Shown: one piece after another, positions 1-11,815 of the stretch
How the letters are laid out: every line of letters starts with the position of its first letter
Numbering within the stretch: the stretch's first letter is position 1
DNA from: Rebecca billardiae RCC1528
Taxonomy: Eukaryota; Protista; Haptophyta
Assembly (NCBI GenBank): GCA_965240325.2
Contig: OZ251241.1
Span: forward strand, 1,116,001-1,180,000
DNA: 64,000 nucleotides
Reading direction: 5' to 3'
The notes under the pieces: generated by a model
Database searches by the model: none
Told to the model about the DNA's origin: nothing
Seen by the model: only the letters and a program-made list of their open reading frames with translations
Translations under genes and position numbers: made by a program

Positions 1-292
1 GGTCGTGCACAGGTACGTCGTGCGCGACACGGTCGAGGAGCGCATCCGCGCGCTGCTCCGCGCGCGCGCCCACGGGCACGGCGCGTGCGGCGCGGACGAC
101 GGCGAGTACGGGCACGACGGCGCAGTCGCTCCGGAGGCCGCGTCGCCGCCGCCGCACGGCGTTGAGGACGCCGGGGCGCGGGGCGCGGGCGCGGGCGCCG
201 CAGCCGGGCGGCAGAGCGACGTCGGCGGGCTCAGCGTCGAGCAGCTCAAATCGCTGCTGAGCGGCGCGCCCACTCCGCCATCAGAACTGTGA
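1..292 (+). CDS. 3' end of an SNF2-family (Rad5/SHPRH-like) helicase, partial
   Basis: VHRYVVRDTVEERI matches the conserved segment after motif VI of SNF2 helicases; runs off the window start. Confidence 0.7.
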   Translation, partial: VVHRYVVRDTVEERIRALLRARAHGHGACGADDGEYGHDGAVAPEAASPPPHGVEDAGARGAGAGAAAGRQSDVGGLSVEQLKSLLSGAPTPPSEL

Positions 293-570
293 TGCGTGCG
301 TCGTCGCGGCGAGGGAGTTGACAATGACATCGTCGTCCGGCCGCCTCGCGCATCGTCGTTCTTATTAGCAGACGATCGAACTTTCCGTCATCGTCCCCGG
401 TTCCGCGCGGCTCATTACGCGGCCGGCGGCCGGGATCGCTGCGGGCCGCGCGCCGGAGCGGCGGCGCGCCGATGAGGCTCGGGCGCCGCCGACTGTGCCG
501 GGCGAGTGTGATGTAGTGACACGATGACAGTCGTCGTCTGTCAGTATCGTACGTCTGGCCTCGGGGCCAG

Positions 571-1200
571 CTACTGCCTGCTCGATGCGAATTGCGCGTC
601 ACACGCGCTCGGCACTGGATGCTCGGCCATCACGGCCTCGTGCCCGCGCGCCAGAAACGAGCTGACGACCTGGGCGTGCGACTGCACGAGCGCGCGCGCG
701 CATGGGCTGAGCCCGTCCTCCTCGACGAGGACACCGCCCGAGACGTTCGCGTAGTTGAGCCGGACCTCCTCGTGGTGGGCAAAGATCGCCCGAAATAGCG
801 GGTCGTGCCTGTGGAGGGGCTCGTTCTGCTCGAGCGCCCTCTTCATCTGCGCCACGTGCGTTTGGATCCAACGAGCCACGGCTGGGTCGTGCGAGTGCGT
901 GCGCGTCGAGACTCCGGACGGCGTGCTGTTCACCTGGCGCGAGATCTCGTCGCGGTGCCACATGAGCGAGTGGATCGCCTCCATGAAGCGCATGTGATTG
1001 TGGTGCCCTCCCATCGCCATGGCGCCGTGGTGGTGCCCGCGCATCATCCCGCCGCCTCGTCCGCTCATGTCGCCTGGCATCATCATGCCACCACGCATGC
1101 GCCCCATTCGCATGGACGTCGTCGCCTCGTCTTCGTGCGGAAGCGCATGCGCTAGCACGGGTAGCGAGAGAGTCAACACGATGGCGAACGGCGGCTGCAT
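571..1200 (-). CDS. Secreted His/Met-rich putative metal-binding protein with a bacterial-like domain
   Basis: Signal peptide, then an M/G/H-rich tract, then two related halves (GVSTRTHSHDPAVARWIQTHV / GVLVEEDGLSPCARALVQSHA); intronless. Confidence 0.7.
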   Translation of the reverse strand: MQPPFAIVLTLSLPVLAHALPHEDEATTSMRMGRMRGGMMMPGDMSGRGGGMMRGHHHGAMAMGGHHNHMRFMEAIHSLMWHRDEISRQVNSTPSGVSTRTHSHDPAVARWIQTHVAQMKRALEQNEPLHRHDPLFRAIFAHHEEVRLNYANVSGGVLVEEDGLSPCARALVQSHAQVVSSFLARGHEAVMAEHPVPSACDAQFASSRQ

Positions 1201-1756
1201 GGTGTGCGGGCGCGAGAGGTCAGGGGCGCGTGGACGAAGGCCAAAGGGGTGAGGGGTCGAGCAGGGGTTCCTCCGGTTTATTTAGCGGCGGTGTTTTCGA
1301 TCGCCGTTGCGGAGCCGCGAATATTCCGATCGATTCATCGGCGAATCGGCCGATATTCCCCGGGATCTGTATCGGCGACGACTGCCCTGAAATGTGGTGA
1401 ACAGGCAGCGGCCTGATTGACGCCAACTTGTCGCCAGCCATCATCATCATCATGAAGCCGGAGTCGCCGATTGTAGCGCCGCCAGACAGGCTCCTTATAA
1501 TAGCCTAGGTGGCGGCCGTTATTGCAGCAAAATCAGAACGGCCGCCCCGCGCTCCGAGGCACGCGCGCTCGCGCGGCGCGCTCGCGGCCTCGGACCGCTC
1601 GTCGCCGCCGCGACGTGCTGTGCCGTGAGCGCACGGTCGTCTGCATGCTGCGCCAAGCGCGTCGCCGTCCCAAGCGCGCGGCCGCCGCCGAGCGCGCGCG
1701 CCGCGTCAGCTTGGCGCGTGGCGCAAGCGCAGTTCACTCAATAACCGCCGCCGTCG

Positions 1757-4700
1757 TCATGGCAGCCTCTGCCGCACGGGCGTCGTGACCGGCGCAGCGG
1801 CGCCGTCGGCGCCCGCCGGCGCGTCCGACGCCTCTCCCACCTGCGGCTCGGGTGTCTCGACGTGCTCCGGCAGCATGTCCGAGACGAACGCGCGGCCGCT
1901 CGACGCCACGCACGACGCGCCGGCGGCGAGCGCGCCCAGCCAGAGCCACAGCTGCGTGCGGTGCACGCTCGCTGTCGTGTAGTCGAGGGAGATTGCGCAG
2001 AGGAGTACGGTGAAGACGCCGACGGTGAGGACGACGTGGGCGCCGAGCCGCGAGAAGCGAGCGCGGTGCCTGCTCTGCCCCGGCGTGCTGAAGCTGCCGT
2101 CCTCCTCCTCGTCGTCGTCCGGCGGAACCGCGTCTCCCGGCTGTCGCTTGGTCCGGCCGCTCAGCTGCCGAGCCAGCCGGGTCGGGCTCCGGCTCAACTG
2201 CCGCGCGAGCGCAAGGCCCTGCTGCTGCGAAGGCCACACGAAGACGGCCACAGGCAGGATGACCAGAAGCGCGCCGCCGGCAAAGAAGAGCCAGTGGATC
2301 ACCAGGATCGGTGGGCGCACCTGCAGGGCACACGCGCAGGACGGGCGTAGCGCGGCGCGCGCGCGGGGGGGGGCACGGCGGCCGGACGCGCGTGAGCAAT
2401 ATGGCCGGCCTCAGGCCTCTGGGCCGACTGCAGCGAGTGCGGGTGCCGCGCGCCGGCAGGGGAGCAAGCAGGCCACGGTGCGCGCGAGCGAAAAAAAAGA
2501 GAAAAAACAACATGGCCGCACAGGCGGACGGACCTGGACGGGGAAGAGGACACAGCCGATGAAGATAAACATGGCCACGAAGGCGACGATGACGAGCAGC
2601 TGGAGCGCGCGCCATCTCAGCAGGTTGGGGCCCTCCGACCGCCACCCGCCGCTCAGCGAGACCACCAGGGCGGGCGTGAAGGCAATGAGCATGCCGAGAA
2701 ATAGCCACGGGATCAGCACCCACAGCTGCGGCGCACAGCCAGGGGTGCGGGGTGGGCGCCGAGGCCGGCCGGGGGCGAGGGTGAGGCCCTGATGGCGCGT
2801 GCTCGGCGGGGCGCAGCCGCGAGCGCGAGCGCGGGCGGGGCGGCGCGCCCGCGCCGCCGCCCCACAACACAGGCTCTCCCCGTGTCCCTCGCCTCGGCGC
2901 CCGCCACCCGGCGCGTGGCGCGCGGCGCGGCGCGAGCGGCGCACGCGCGCGCACGTCGAGCTCGCCGATGTGCAGGATCCCGATCGCGGTGCCCGCGAGT
3001 GCGCACGCGCCGAGCAGCGCGCGGATGGCGAGGACGGTGCGACGGAAGCGGCGCGCGTGTGCCTCGGAGCGCAGCACGACAAAGCACGCGTGCCGCGCGA
3101 CCACGCCCAGGAGCGCCAGCGCGCAGAGCAGGCTGCCAACCAGCCACACGCCCGCGCCCGCGCCGTACCGATCGAGCTGCCTCGCCGACGCGCGCTCGGC
3201 GAGGGTCAGCAGCACGTACACCGGGTCGCACCACTCGCCCAGCGGCTGGTACTGCGCGCCATCGCCGCTGACGAGCGCCGAGTGCACGGTCAGAGTGAGC
3301 GGGTACGCGCTCCGTTCGGTCGGCAGTTGGAACGAGAGGGCGCTCAGCTGGACGCTGCGCGGCGCGGCGCGGCCGGTGGCGGCCGGTGGCGAGCGGGCGT
3401 GCACCGGCAGGAGGGAGGAGACGTGGCGAGCGGCCGTGTGCAGCGGCAGCAGTGGGAGCCGGCCGAGCGGGCGCGCGCGCGCGGCGCGGACAAGGGGCGC
3501 AGGAGCGAGAGAGCGTGGGCGGAGGAGGCGTGCGCGCGGGCAGGCCTGTGCCTGACGGCGGGCGGCGCGGCGCGGCCCCGAGCGCGCGCGCGCGCCGCTG
3601 GGCCGGCGCGCCGCGCGGGATGCGCGCCGGCGCGCGCGCACCGCTCCAGCGGCTGAGCCAGCCGTGTCGACTCCTGCCAACCGTCCCGCGAGCGGTCGGC
3701 AGAGAGGTGCTGGCGGCGAAAGACCGAGCCGAGGTCGGCGGTGGCGCCGATCGCGAGGCGGGCGGCGTCGCGGTAGTAGTGCGGCTCGAAGAACGAGCCG
3801 AGCGTGCGCCGCGGGTCGTACCCGCCGCGCGCGAGCACCGCCGCGCGGCTCGGCGCGAAGACAGGCAGCTCGACCCCTCGAAGCTGCTGGTCCTCATCCG
3901 AGTACTCACCTTCACACTGTCTGCTCGCGAACGGGTGCGCTGGGGGCGGACGCCGGCGCGAGCGGTACGAGCGATGGTAGAGCAGCCCGCCGCCGTAGAA
4001 GTAATACCTCGCGCTCCCGGGCGGCGCCATGTGGTAGCTGTTGGCGGTCCAGATGCTCCCGCCCGCAGCGAGCCCGGCGCGGCCGGCAAGCCCGCCGATG
4101 GACGTGGCGCCGCCTCCGCCGGCCTTGAGCAGCTGGCGTGCGGACGGGTCCGCGGGCGGCTCGGCGAGCCGCCGAACAGCGCCGTAGTCCCCGTACACGG
4201 AGCGGATACTGGAATGCTCGACGAGCAGCTCCTGCGGGTCGAGCGGCTCGATCGGAGTGGTCTGCGCCGAGGCGCGCGCGCGCGAGAGCAGTGGCTTGCC
4301 GTGCGAAGAGCTCACGCTGAGGACGAGGTCGACGCTGACGCCGGGCGGGGCGTAGACGACGGGGGTCCAGGTGTGCGCGGCCGACGAGCGCACGCGGTGC
4401 GACTCAAGGATGTACTGCTGCGCCGTGCCCGTCGCGTTGTCGCGCGGGCAGAGCGCGTGCTGCCCGTCGTCGCGCCCAACATACGAGGCGCACCGCTTCA
4501 TGCCGGTCTCGTCGAGCCTGAAGTGCGCGCAGCACAGGCCCAGCTGGTACAGCGAGGGCACCTCGTACGGCCAGTTGGCGCGCTCGAGCGACCGCCCGAC
4601 CGCTACGAGGACCACGCCGACGACGAGCGCCGCCGTCGTGAGCGGAAGGGCCGAGACGATGCCCGCGAGCGTCGGCTTGCACCGCGCTGGGTGCGACTCG

Positions 4701-4948
4701 GCGTCCGCGATCGCGGCTGCGTCAGGCCCGAGCCCGCCGGGCGGATCGCTGCTCGTCACGCCCGCGCGGAGGGGCGCGTCGTCCGCCTCGCCCTCCTCCG
4801 CGGCACGGGCACGGTCGCGCCGCCCACAGCAGAGCATGAGTAGGCGCTCGTTGGTCGCCGCGGCGGCCGCGCAGCGCCACTTTCGGAACTTGTTGGTCGC
4901 GCTCTCGACAATTTCGTCATCATCAAACGCGGCCGCGGAAGCCGCCAT
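1757..4948 (-). CDS. Multi-exon polytopic membrane protein, unknown function
   Basis: Hydrophobic exons spread over ORFs 3344-4948, 1734-3680, 2411-3139 and 1757-2320, separated by CG-rich intron-like segments; exact junctions not all resolved. Confidence 0.6.
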
Positions 4949-4978
4949 CGTTCAGGCTGCGCCGCGACGGCCTGCACC

Positions 4979-6427
4979 ATGGCTGGCCGGGCGCTGCTCG
5001 TCGCGGCGGCCGCGCACACCGCGCAGGGGCTCGACAACGGCGTGGGCCTCCGCCCGATCCGCGGCTGGCTCTCGTGGGCGCGGTACGCGTGCAACGTCGA
5101 CTGCGCCGCAGAGCCGGGCGAGTGCATCAGCGAGGCCCTGTACATGCGCGTGGCGGATGCGCTCGTGGCGAATGGATGGCGCGATGCTGGGTACGCGTAC
5201 GTGGCGGTCGACGACTGCTGGTCGGCGCGCGAGCGCGACGCGCGCGGGCGCATCGTCGCCGATCCGGCGCGCTTCCCGTCCGGCATGCGCGCCCTCGCTG
5301 ACTATGTGCACGCGCGCGGCCTCAGGTTCCAGCTGTACACGGATGTGGGCCCGCGCACGTGCACGGGGTATCCGGCGCTCAACGTGCCCTCCGACGCGCG
5401 CGGCGGCGCACCGGACTCGCCCTACCGGCGCGACCTCGCGCAGTTCGCCGACTGGGGCGTCGACGCTCTCAAGGTCGACGGGTGCAACTCGGCGCCGGGC
5501 TCGTATGCGCAGACGTACCCTCGGGTGTCGGCGGCGCTCAACGCGACTGGGCGGCGCGTGGTGCTCTCGTGCTCGTGGCCGGCGTATCGCGTCGGCCGCG
5601 TCGGCGCGGCGGAGTGGGCGCAGATCGCGCGCTCGTGCAACTCGTGGCGCGCTTTTCATGACATCACCGACTCGTGGGCGGCCGTCCTCGCAACTGCCGA
5701 CTTTTGGCGAGATGTGTCCACCGCTGGGCTGATGGGCGGCGTCGAGGGCCCCGGGGCATTCGCGGATGCGGACATGCTGGTCGGGGGCGGCACGGGGCTC
5801 TCGCCCTCCGAGGCGGCCGCGCAAGCGGCGCTCTGGGCCGTCTTCGCCTCGCCGTGGCTGCTGAGCGCGGACCTCGCGCGAATGCCACCGTGGGCGACGG
5901 CGCTGCTGCAGAATCCTGAGCTGCTGGCGGTGCAGTCGGACTGGGCGGCCGAGGCAGGCCCCCGCGCCGGCGCCGCGCGCGCGCCGTATGCGCGCTGCCT
6001 CGCGCCGTGCCCGCGCGCGGCTGACGGCGGCGTGCAGCGGTGGCATCGGCCCCTCAGCGGTGGTCGGCATGCGCTGGCGTTGCTGAACGCAGGCACCGGC
6101 GTGCCAGGCACGCCGGCGCGCGTGCGCGTGCGTTGGTCCGAGCTGGCCCCGCCGCGCGCCCAGGCTGGCGAGGCGAGCACGCCCGACGCCCGCCAGCGAG
6201 CGCATGCCTATGACGTGCGCGACGCCCTGAGGCGTGTCGACGCCGGAAAGGCCGTTGGCGGCGGCTTGGAGGTGCGCGTGCCGCCCTCGTCGTGCGCGCT
6301 CCTAGTGCTGACCCCGGCCCCGGCCAACCGCTCGTCGTCTCGCTCTCACACTCGGACCCAGGCTCAGTACGATGCAGCAGAGTGGGAGACGGCGGAGCGC
6401 GGCGCACTCGCCGCCCTGCGCCGCTAA
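4979..6427 (+). CDS. GH27 alpha-galactosidase / alpha-N-acetylgalactosaminidase
   Basis: Signal peptide; LDNG..P.RGWLSW, YVAVDDCW, DPARFPSG, LKVDGC, SCSWP, WR..HDI and DADML motifs. Confidence 0.93.
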   Translation: MAGRALLVAAAAHTAQGLDNGVGLRPIRGWLSWARYACNVDCAAEPGECISEALYMRVADALVANGWRDAGYAYVAVDDCWSARERDARGRIVADPARFPSGMRALADYVHARGLRFQLYTDVGPRTCTGYPALNVPSDARGGAPDSPYRRDLAQFADWGVDALKVDGCNSAPGSYAQTYPRVSAALNATGRRVVLSCSWPAYRVGRVGAAEWAQIARSCNSWRAFHDITDSWAAVLATADFWRDVSTAGLMGGVEGPGAFADADMLVGGGTGLSPSEAAAQAALWAVFASPWLLSADLARMPPWATALLQNPELLAVQSDWAAEAGPRAGAARAPYARCLAPCPRAADGGVQRWHRPLSGGRHALALLNAGTGVPGTPARVRVRWSELAPPRAQAGEASTPDARQRAHAYDVRDALRRVDAGKAVGGGLEVRVPPSSCALLVLTPAPANRSSSRSHTRTQAQYDAAEWETAERGALAALRR

Positions 6428-7333
6428 CTGTTATTCCGTTATTATTATGCGCTGCCATCGTCCGCCTCTCGAGGCCGCGAGTCGGCGCGATATCGCGGCC
6501 GTGAAAGTCCCGCCGCGCGTCCCGGCGGCGGCGGAACTAGAGCTATATTAAATAATCGGAACTGATGATGATGTTAGCAAGTTAGCATATATATATGTAT
6601 ATATATATATATATATATTGTTAGCGGTGATGCGCCGTGTCGAGTCCCGCGATAGCGAGTCTCCGCCTGATGATCGTATATGACGACTGAGAGTGACAGC
6701 AGCCTGATAGCAGTGATGATCGATGACTTCAGATCGGAGCATCATTCATTGATGAGCATAGCCATGGCCATGGGCCGCCGCCATCATATCGTCGTAGTAG
6801 TGAGAGTCAGATTCGACAATAATAAATCGTCAGCAGTCGTCCGGGTCGGACCGTCCGACGGACTGACGGGAGGCCGCGGACAGCCGCGACGACAGACCGA
6901 GAGGCGAGACGGCGCGATTCAATAATTTCAGGCGGCGCGCGGTAAGGGCGCCGCGGTACTGAAGTGTAAGTGATTCCGATACTGATTATACGCCGTTGTA
7001 ATCGTGGTCGGACCCGGCGAGTCGGACCGGCGGACTGCGCCCGCGGGCGCGGTTAGTCCGTCGTCGCCTCAGTGATATGCGTCAGCAGATCTGACTGACA
7101 GGCGGACTCTGATGCCAGTAGCTATGGTCGATGAGCTCATCAAGTATCAGCCCAGCCGCCCCGGGCGCCCAGCGGACCTGTGCCGCGACACCTGCTATCA
7201 TCATGCGCGCAATATGATAAGTAGTATCATATATATATCGTCCGCTAAGCGCCTTAGGTTATTGTCTACTTCGGTCGCCTACTACTACTAGAATTTAACT
7301 GCTAGCAGTCGCGTAGTAGTGCGCACCAGTGGT

Positions 7334-7826
7334 GGCTCTGGCTCCGGTTGACCCCTGCCAGTCCGGTCATAGAAACCGGGCGTACCGAAAATGATCTTCG
7401 CATTCCTGCGGCCGAATGAACGCCCGAAGTGTCCCACAGGGCTCCAAGTAGGGTTACTATGGATGGCCAATAAGTGCCCAGGGTGTGAAACTCAGTTTGT
7501 GACTACTTCAGACTCTATTTGTCATAGCTATTTACCCAGTCCGGTGATTTTTTTCCAATAGCTACGGGTGCATCCGGATCGCTCCCGGACCGTGTTCTGA
7601 CCAGAGTCTGAAATGAGTAAATACATAGTAAAAATAGAGTCTGAACTATAGAGGAAGTGCGCTTGTTGGCCCAATAATATCGCTCTGAAGTCATCATCTA
7701 GGCATCATCCATTGCATTGGCATTGAGGTCCTCCTGTGCAGTTTTATTCACGAGTGACTTCATGAAGGAGCTCACAGTGCCCGTACTCCGTAGTCTCTGG
7801 CAGGGGTCACTACCGAAGCCAGAGCC
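7334..7826. mobile_element. Non-autonomous TIR element (MITE) with 4-bp TSD
   Basis: About 28-30 bp TIR GGCTCTGGCT(C/T)CGGT..TGACCCCTGCCAG; TGGT at 7330-7333 and 7827-7830; low-GC interior. Confidence 0.8.
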
Positions 7827-7930
7827 TGGTAGCGTTATTACTATGACCGCGTTCCGCGGTCTTTTTCCGTAGAACGAACGTAGTTCGGGGCCCGCGGCGC
7901 ACCCTCCGTCGGCTGCTGTCTCAGTCTGAC

Positions 7931-9490
7931 ATGTGTAACAGTTCGCCTGAGCTGCCACCGCCAACTCAGTCACTGCCGCCCACCGGGCCGGCGGGCCGAG
8001 GACTGTCGCCGCGGGTCCGCGGGCCGCCGCGGGGACTAGCGGCCGGCGCGCGCGCGCAGGCAGGGCGAGAGGCGCTGGCGCGGCGCGAGCCGGCGCGTGC
8101 GCGCGAGCGGGCGCACCTGCTTGAGGTACTCGCCCTGCGCCATGTGCTCGACGACGGGCCGCTGGTCGCTCGTGCCGGCAGAGCGAGAGCGCGCGCCACT
8201 GCTGGCCCCGGCCTGCCGGCTGCGCAGCCTCGCACCGAGACCGACCGAGCGGAGCTCGGGGCGGTGGAACGAGGCGAGCGGCGCGTCGCGCCTGCCGCCG
8301 CGCGTGCGCGCCTGCTCCACCGCGCCGCCGTGCTCGCCCGCCGCATCCTCCGCCGCGTCGGCCTCGAAGACGGCGGCTGCCAGCGGCAGGCTGAGCCGCG
8401 CGCCGGCTCACTCACACTGTGAGTCACACCCGCGGTCGCCTCGACGGCCAACTATCCACAGCTGCTCGAGCTGCTGGAGGGCGCCGCGACGATGGCGGCG
8501 CGGGCGCCCAGCGCGTCCGTTGCCGCGTCGCTCAGCTCGTCGAGCTCGGCGCCGCACTTCGCCAGCTTGGCGCCTAGCGCCTCCGCGTGTCACGTGCTCG
8601 TGCACGTCAGCCTGCTGATACGCCGCCGCCCATCGGCACTTCTGGCATCTGCGCGCGCAGCTGCTGCAGCTCGACGGCGGAGTCGTCGCGGCTGGCGGCG
8701 AGGGTGCGCACCGCGTCGATTGCCGAGGCCTGCAGCCCGGTGATCGCCGCGTCGACGCGCGCGGCGATTTCCCCACGCAGCCTCCTCGCGCCACGTGGCC
8801 GCCGCTCGCGTGGCAGGCAGCTGGGCGCCGCTGCGCGACCCGGAACCGGCGCGCGTTTCACTGATGCTCCTGCTCGTCCTCACGCTGCTGCACCTCCGCG
8901 CCGCCGTCGACCGAGTTGAGGAGGAGCTCGCGCTCGGCGTCGAGGCGCGAGCTCGCGTGCTCGAGCTCGCCCTTCAGCCGCGCGAGCTCCGGGCGCATCC
9001 GGCTCATCAGCTCTGCCGCGCTGCCCGCTCGCTCGCAGCGGCGCGCTCTGCTCCGGGCCGCCGTCGACTGAGTTGAGGAGGAGCTCGGGCTCGGCGTCGA
9101 GGCGCGAGCTCGCGTGCTCGAGCTCGCCCTTCAGCCGCGCGAGCTCCGGGCGCATCCGGCTCATCAGCTCTGCCGCGCCGCTCGCTCGGCGGCGGCGGGC
9201 GGCGCGCTCTGCTCCGGTCGGCGAGCGACGAGCTCGCGTGCTCCGGACTCGGCTCGCCCTTGCGCGCTGCTCCTCGAGTGACGAACGCGCCCGCGGGCAG
9301 GTTGTTGCCCGTCGCCCCCGCCGCGATCTCGCCGCCCCCGCCGCGATCTCGTCGCGCATGTGTCCGTGGCGCGCGCCTGCGAGGTGACAGGCGGGCCGCG
9401 AGCTCAGCCTCGGGGAGAGCGGAGCGAGGAGAGGGCGAGACGCGCGGCCTGCGAGGCGACAGGCGCGCTCGGGGAGAGCATTTTACCATT
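7931..9490 (-). pseudogene. Frameshifted coiled-coil gene fragment with an internal ~157-bp tandem duplication
   Basis: Coiled-coil-like peptides scattered over frames with stops; 8900-9056 is repeated at 9057-9217. Confidence 0.5.
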
Positions 9491-9591
9491 CACATTTACA
9501 AGTGATCAAGTTTCCCGTGCGCCTGCGAGGCGACAGGCGCGCTCGGGGAGAGCATTTTACTATTCACATTTACAAGTGATCAAGTTTCCCG
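9447..9591. repeat. 74-bp-period tandem duplication
   Basis: gcctgcgaggcgacagg...gatcaagtttcccg at 9447 and 9521, one mismatch. Confidence 0.9.
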
Positions 9592-9766
9592 AGCCCTTGC
9601 CTTGCCGTTTTTATCGGTTGGCGGTTGGCGGCAATCTCATACTTAAAATCGCGCTCGTAACGAACCGTTACACTAATGTCACGTCCAGCTGACGTCCAGA
9701 TCGCACTTTACTTAAGGGAATCAGCTGGACGCGCTTATTTTCGGCCTAATAGACCTCTCTATGCGA

Positions 9767-9911
9767 TCTCAAAAACTCGAAACTCGGTCTCCGCCAGCCC
9801 TAAAAATCGCCCCCCGTCCCTTTTTTCTTGATCAAAGATCTTTTTGAAACGTGGTTCGGGCCCGCTGGTGCGGGCTCCACGCTGCGCGCTCCGCCCTGCA
9901 CCGCGGGCCAT
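9767..9911 (-). repeat. Dispersed repeat, inverted copy of 36836-36979
   Basis: Reverse complement is nearly identical to 36836-36979. Confidence 0.9.
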
Positions 9912-10007
9912 TAAGTATTAGCAGCTACTCCGCGCCAGTTGAATTCCGGTGCCGCCGGCACTGGACAAGCAGTAGTCTGTAGTGCGGCGCATCTGAGTAG
10001 CAGTAGT

Positions 10008-11724
10008 TAGGGGGGCCAAACCGCCCATTTAAAAATGAAAAGCAAAGTCGCGTCGCATTTTCGCTCCGCCCTCGGCCTTTTAGGGTGGCGCGGAGCCTTT
10101 TTCTCGGACCTCGCTCGAAAATCGAGCTCCGACGCCTTCGGGCGCTCAGAGCTCGGTTCCGCTCCAGCACGAGCGGCCGGAGGCAGTGGACCGCCGCGCG
10201 CTCGCGACCTTTGAGACGCCGAGATGGTCTCGGGTGCGCGCGCGCGTGACGCTGGTGGGCGCTACTGACCCGTGCCTTTGCGCCACCAGCGGCTCACCAC
10301 CCGCTTCTTGGCCACCTCGCGCCGTGCGCGGCGCGCGTCGGCCGGCTTGAATTGGTGCGCTGCGTACGCCCGCTACGCTACCGCACGGTGTGGCGCATGA
10401 TCAACTCGGACCAATGAGATCGATGCTCGGACCAATCGTCCATGTATGTCTGTGAATGCCCAGCTCGCCTAACCTGCCCTACTGCGCCGGAATCGCCGTC
10501 AGCAGACCGGCGCGAGCTCGCGCACAGCACCTCCGCGGAGCTCGCAAGTGTCATGTTCCGCTTGTAGGGCCCGTGTTTGCACCTGCCGTGGCACTTGCGA
10601 TGGTCAGTACGTTGGGTATGGGTCACGTGTGCCCTCTGATGGCGTCTGGGCGCCTCCCATTCGCCTCTCAGGACGTCGCGGACGTGCTCGCAGGCAGCGG
10701 TTGGCTCATTCGACAGGTCCGACGTGCACTCGACCGTGCCTGCAAGCGCGCCCCTGTGACGCTCATGCCTGCAGAAGCAGATGCAGATGGGCCCTCATGC
10801 ACCCTGGTGCGCCCAAGACCGGCGGGAGCGTCAGAGACCGTCTCAATCTTGACACCTTGCACACGCCGGCGCTTGCCGTTGGGCTCCGCGCAGCCAGCCA
10901 GGAGCGCCGAACAACGCCGGATCAGCCTCTGTAGGCCGAATATCCGCCCCTAAGCCCAGAAATAGCGCGGAACAGGGTAGTGCGTACCTATGTGGACCAA
11001 TCCCATCCAGCCTGGTTTGGTGCAGACACGCCAGCCACCGCCTGGAGCAGACGTTTGCTGCCGAATCGCATGCTCGGCACTGTGCCGCACTGCGACGACG
11101 ACAGATTTGACCTGCCTCGTAGGTCTCGGCCAGGGAGCGGTGACGGTTGGCTCGAGTGACTTTAAACCGTGACTATGACCGAGAGCACTCCCGGGCTGAG
11201 GACGTGGGGCCGGTGCTTTGGGTCTAATATGTCTGCAATACGCCGTACGCGTGGCCGTATACACAGTCTGAAAACGTATCTCGCAGCTCGAGATCAGATG
11301 AGGCTGTATTCATCAGCATGGCGCCTATATACACAGTGGGTATGTAACGATCGGTGGCTTCTAGGAAACTACATATTTGACAGCCTGCCAGTACACAGCC
11401 TATATCGCATGTTGGGACCTGCTGCTGCTGGGGACTCAGAACGATCTCGCTGAGATGCTCTAACAAAGTGAGGTCGACATGGTCTATATGTCACATATAG
11501 GACGACCGTTACCTGCCGTTTCCAATAAGTTCAGGCTCATTCTAATAAGTAAATATGCTAGCCGTTACGCCCTATATTCAGGGTATGTGCACCTGATTTT
11601 TTTACATGGCCGGCCCAGACCCCTCCAGAGGGCAAATGATCCAGCCCGAAATCAGCTCTAAACACTCGCTAGGACCCGCGCTCGTGGCCGTCAGTAACGC
11701 TACAGTGCCACTTTGGCCCCCCTA
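10008..11724. mobile_element. hAT-like non-autonomous TIR element
   Basis: Perfect 13-bp TIR TAGGGGGGCCAAA (10008-10020 / 11712-11724) flanked by direct CAGTAGT; no recognisable transposase inside. Confidence 0.75.
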
Positions 11725-11815
11725 CAGTAGTCAGCACTCTGCCGTGCATGACTGCTATATATATACTCTACCGACTACCGTATACTACCGCACCCGGACG
11801 TGCATCGTCAGGCGC

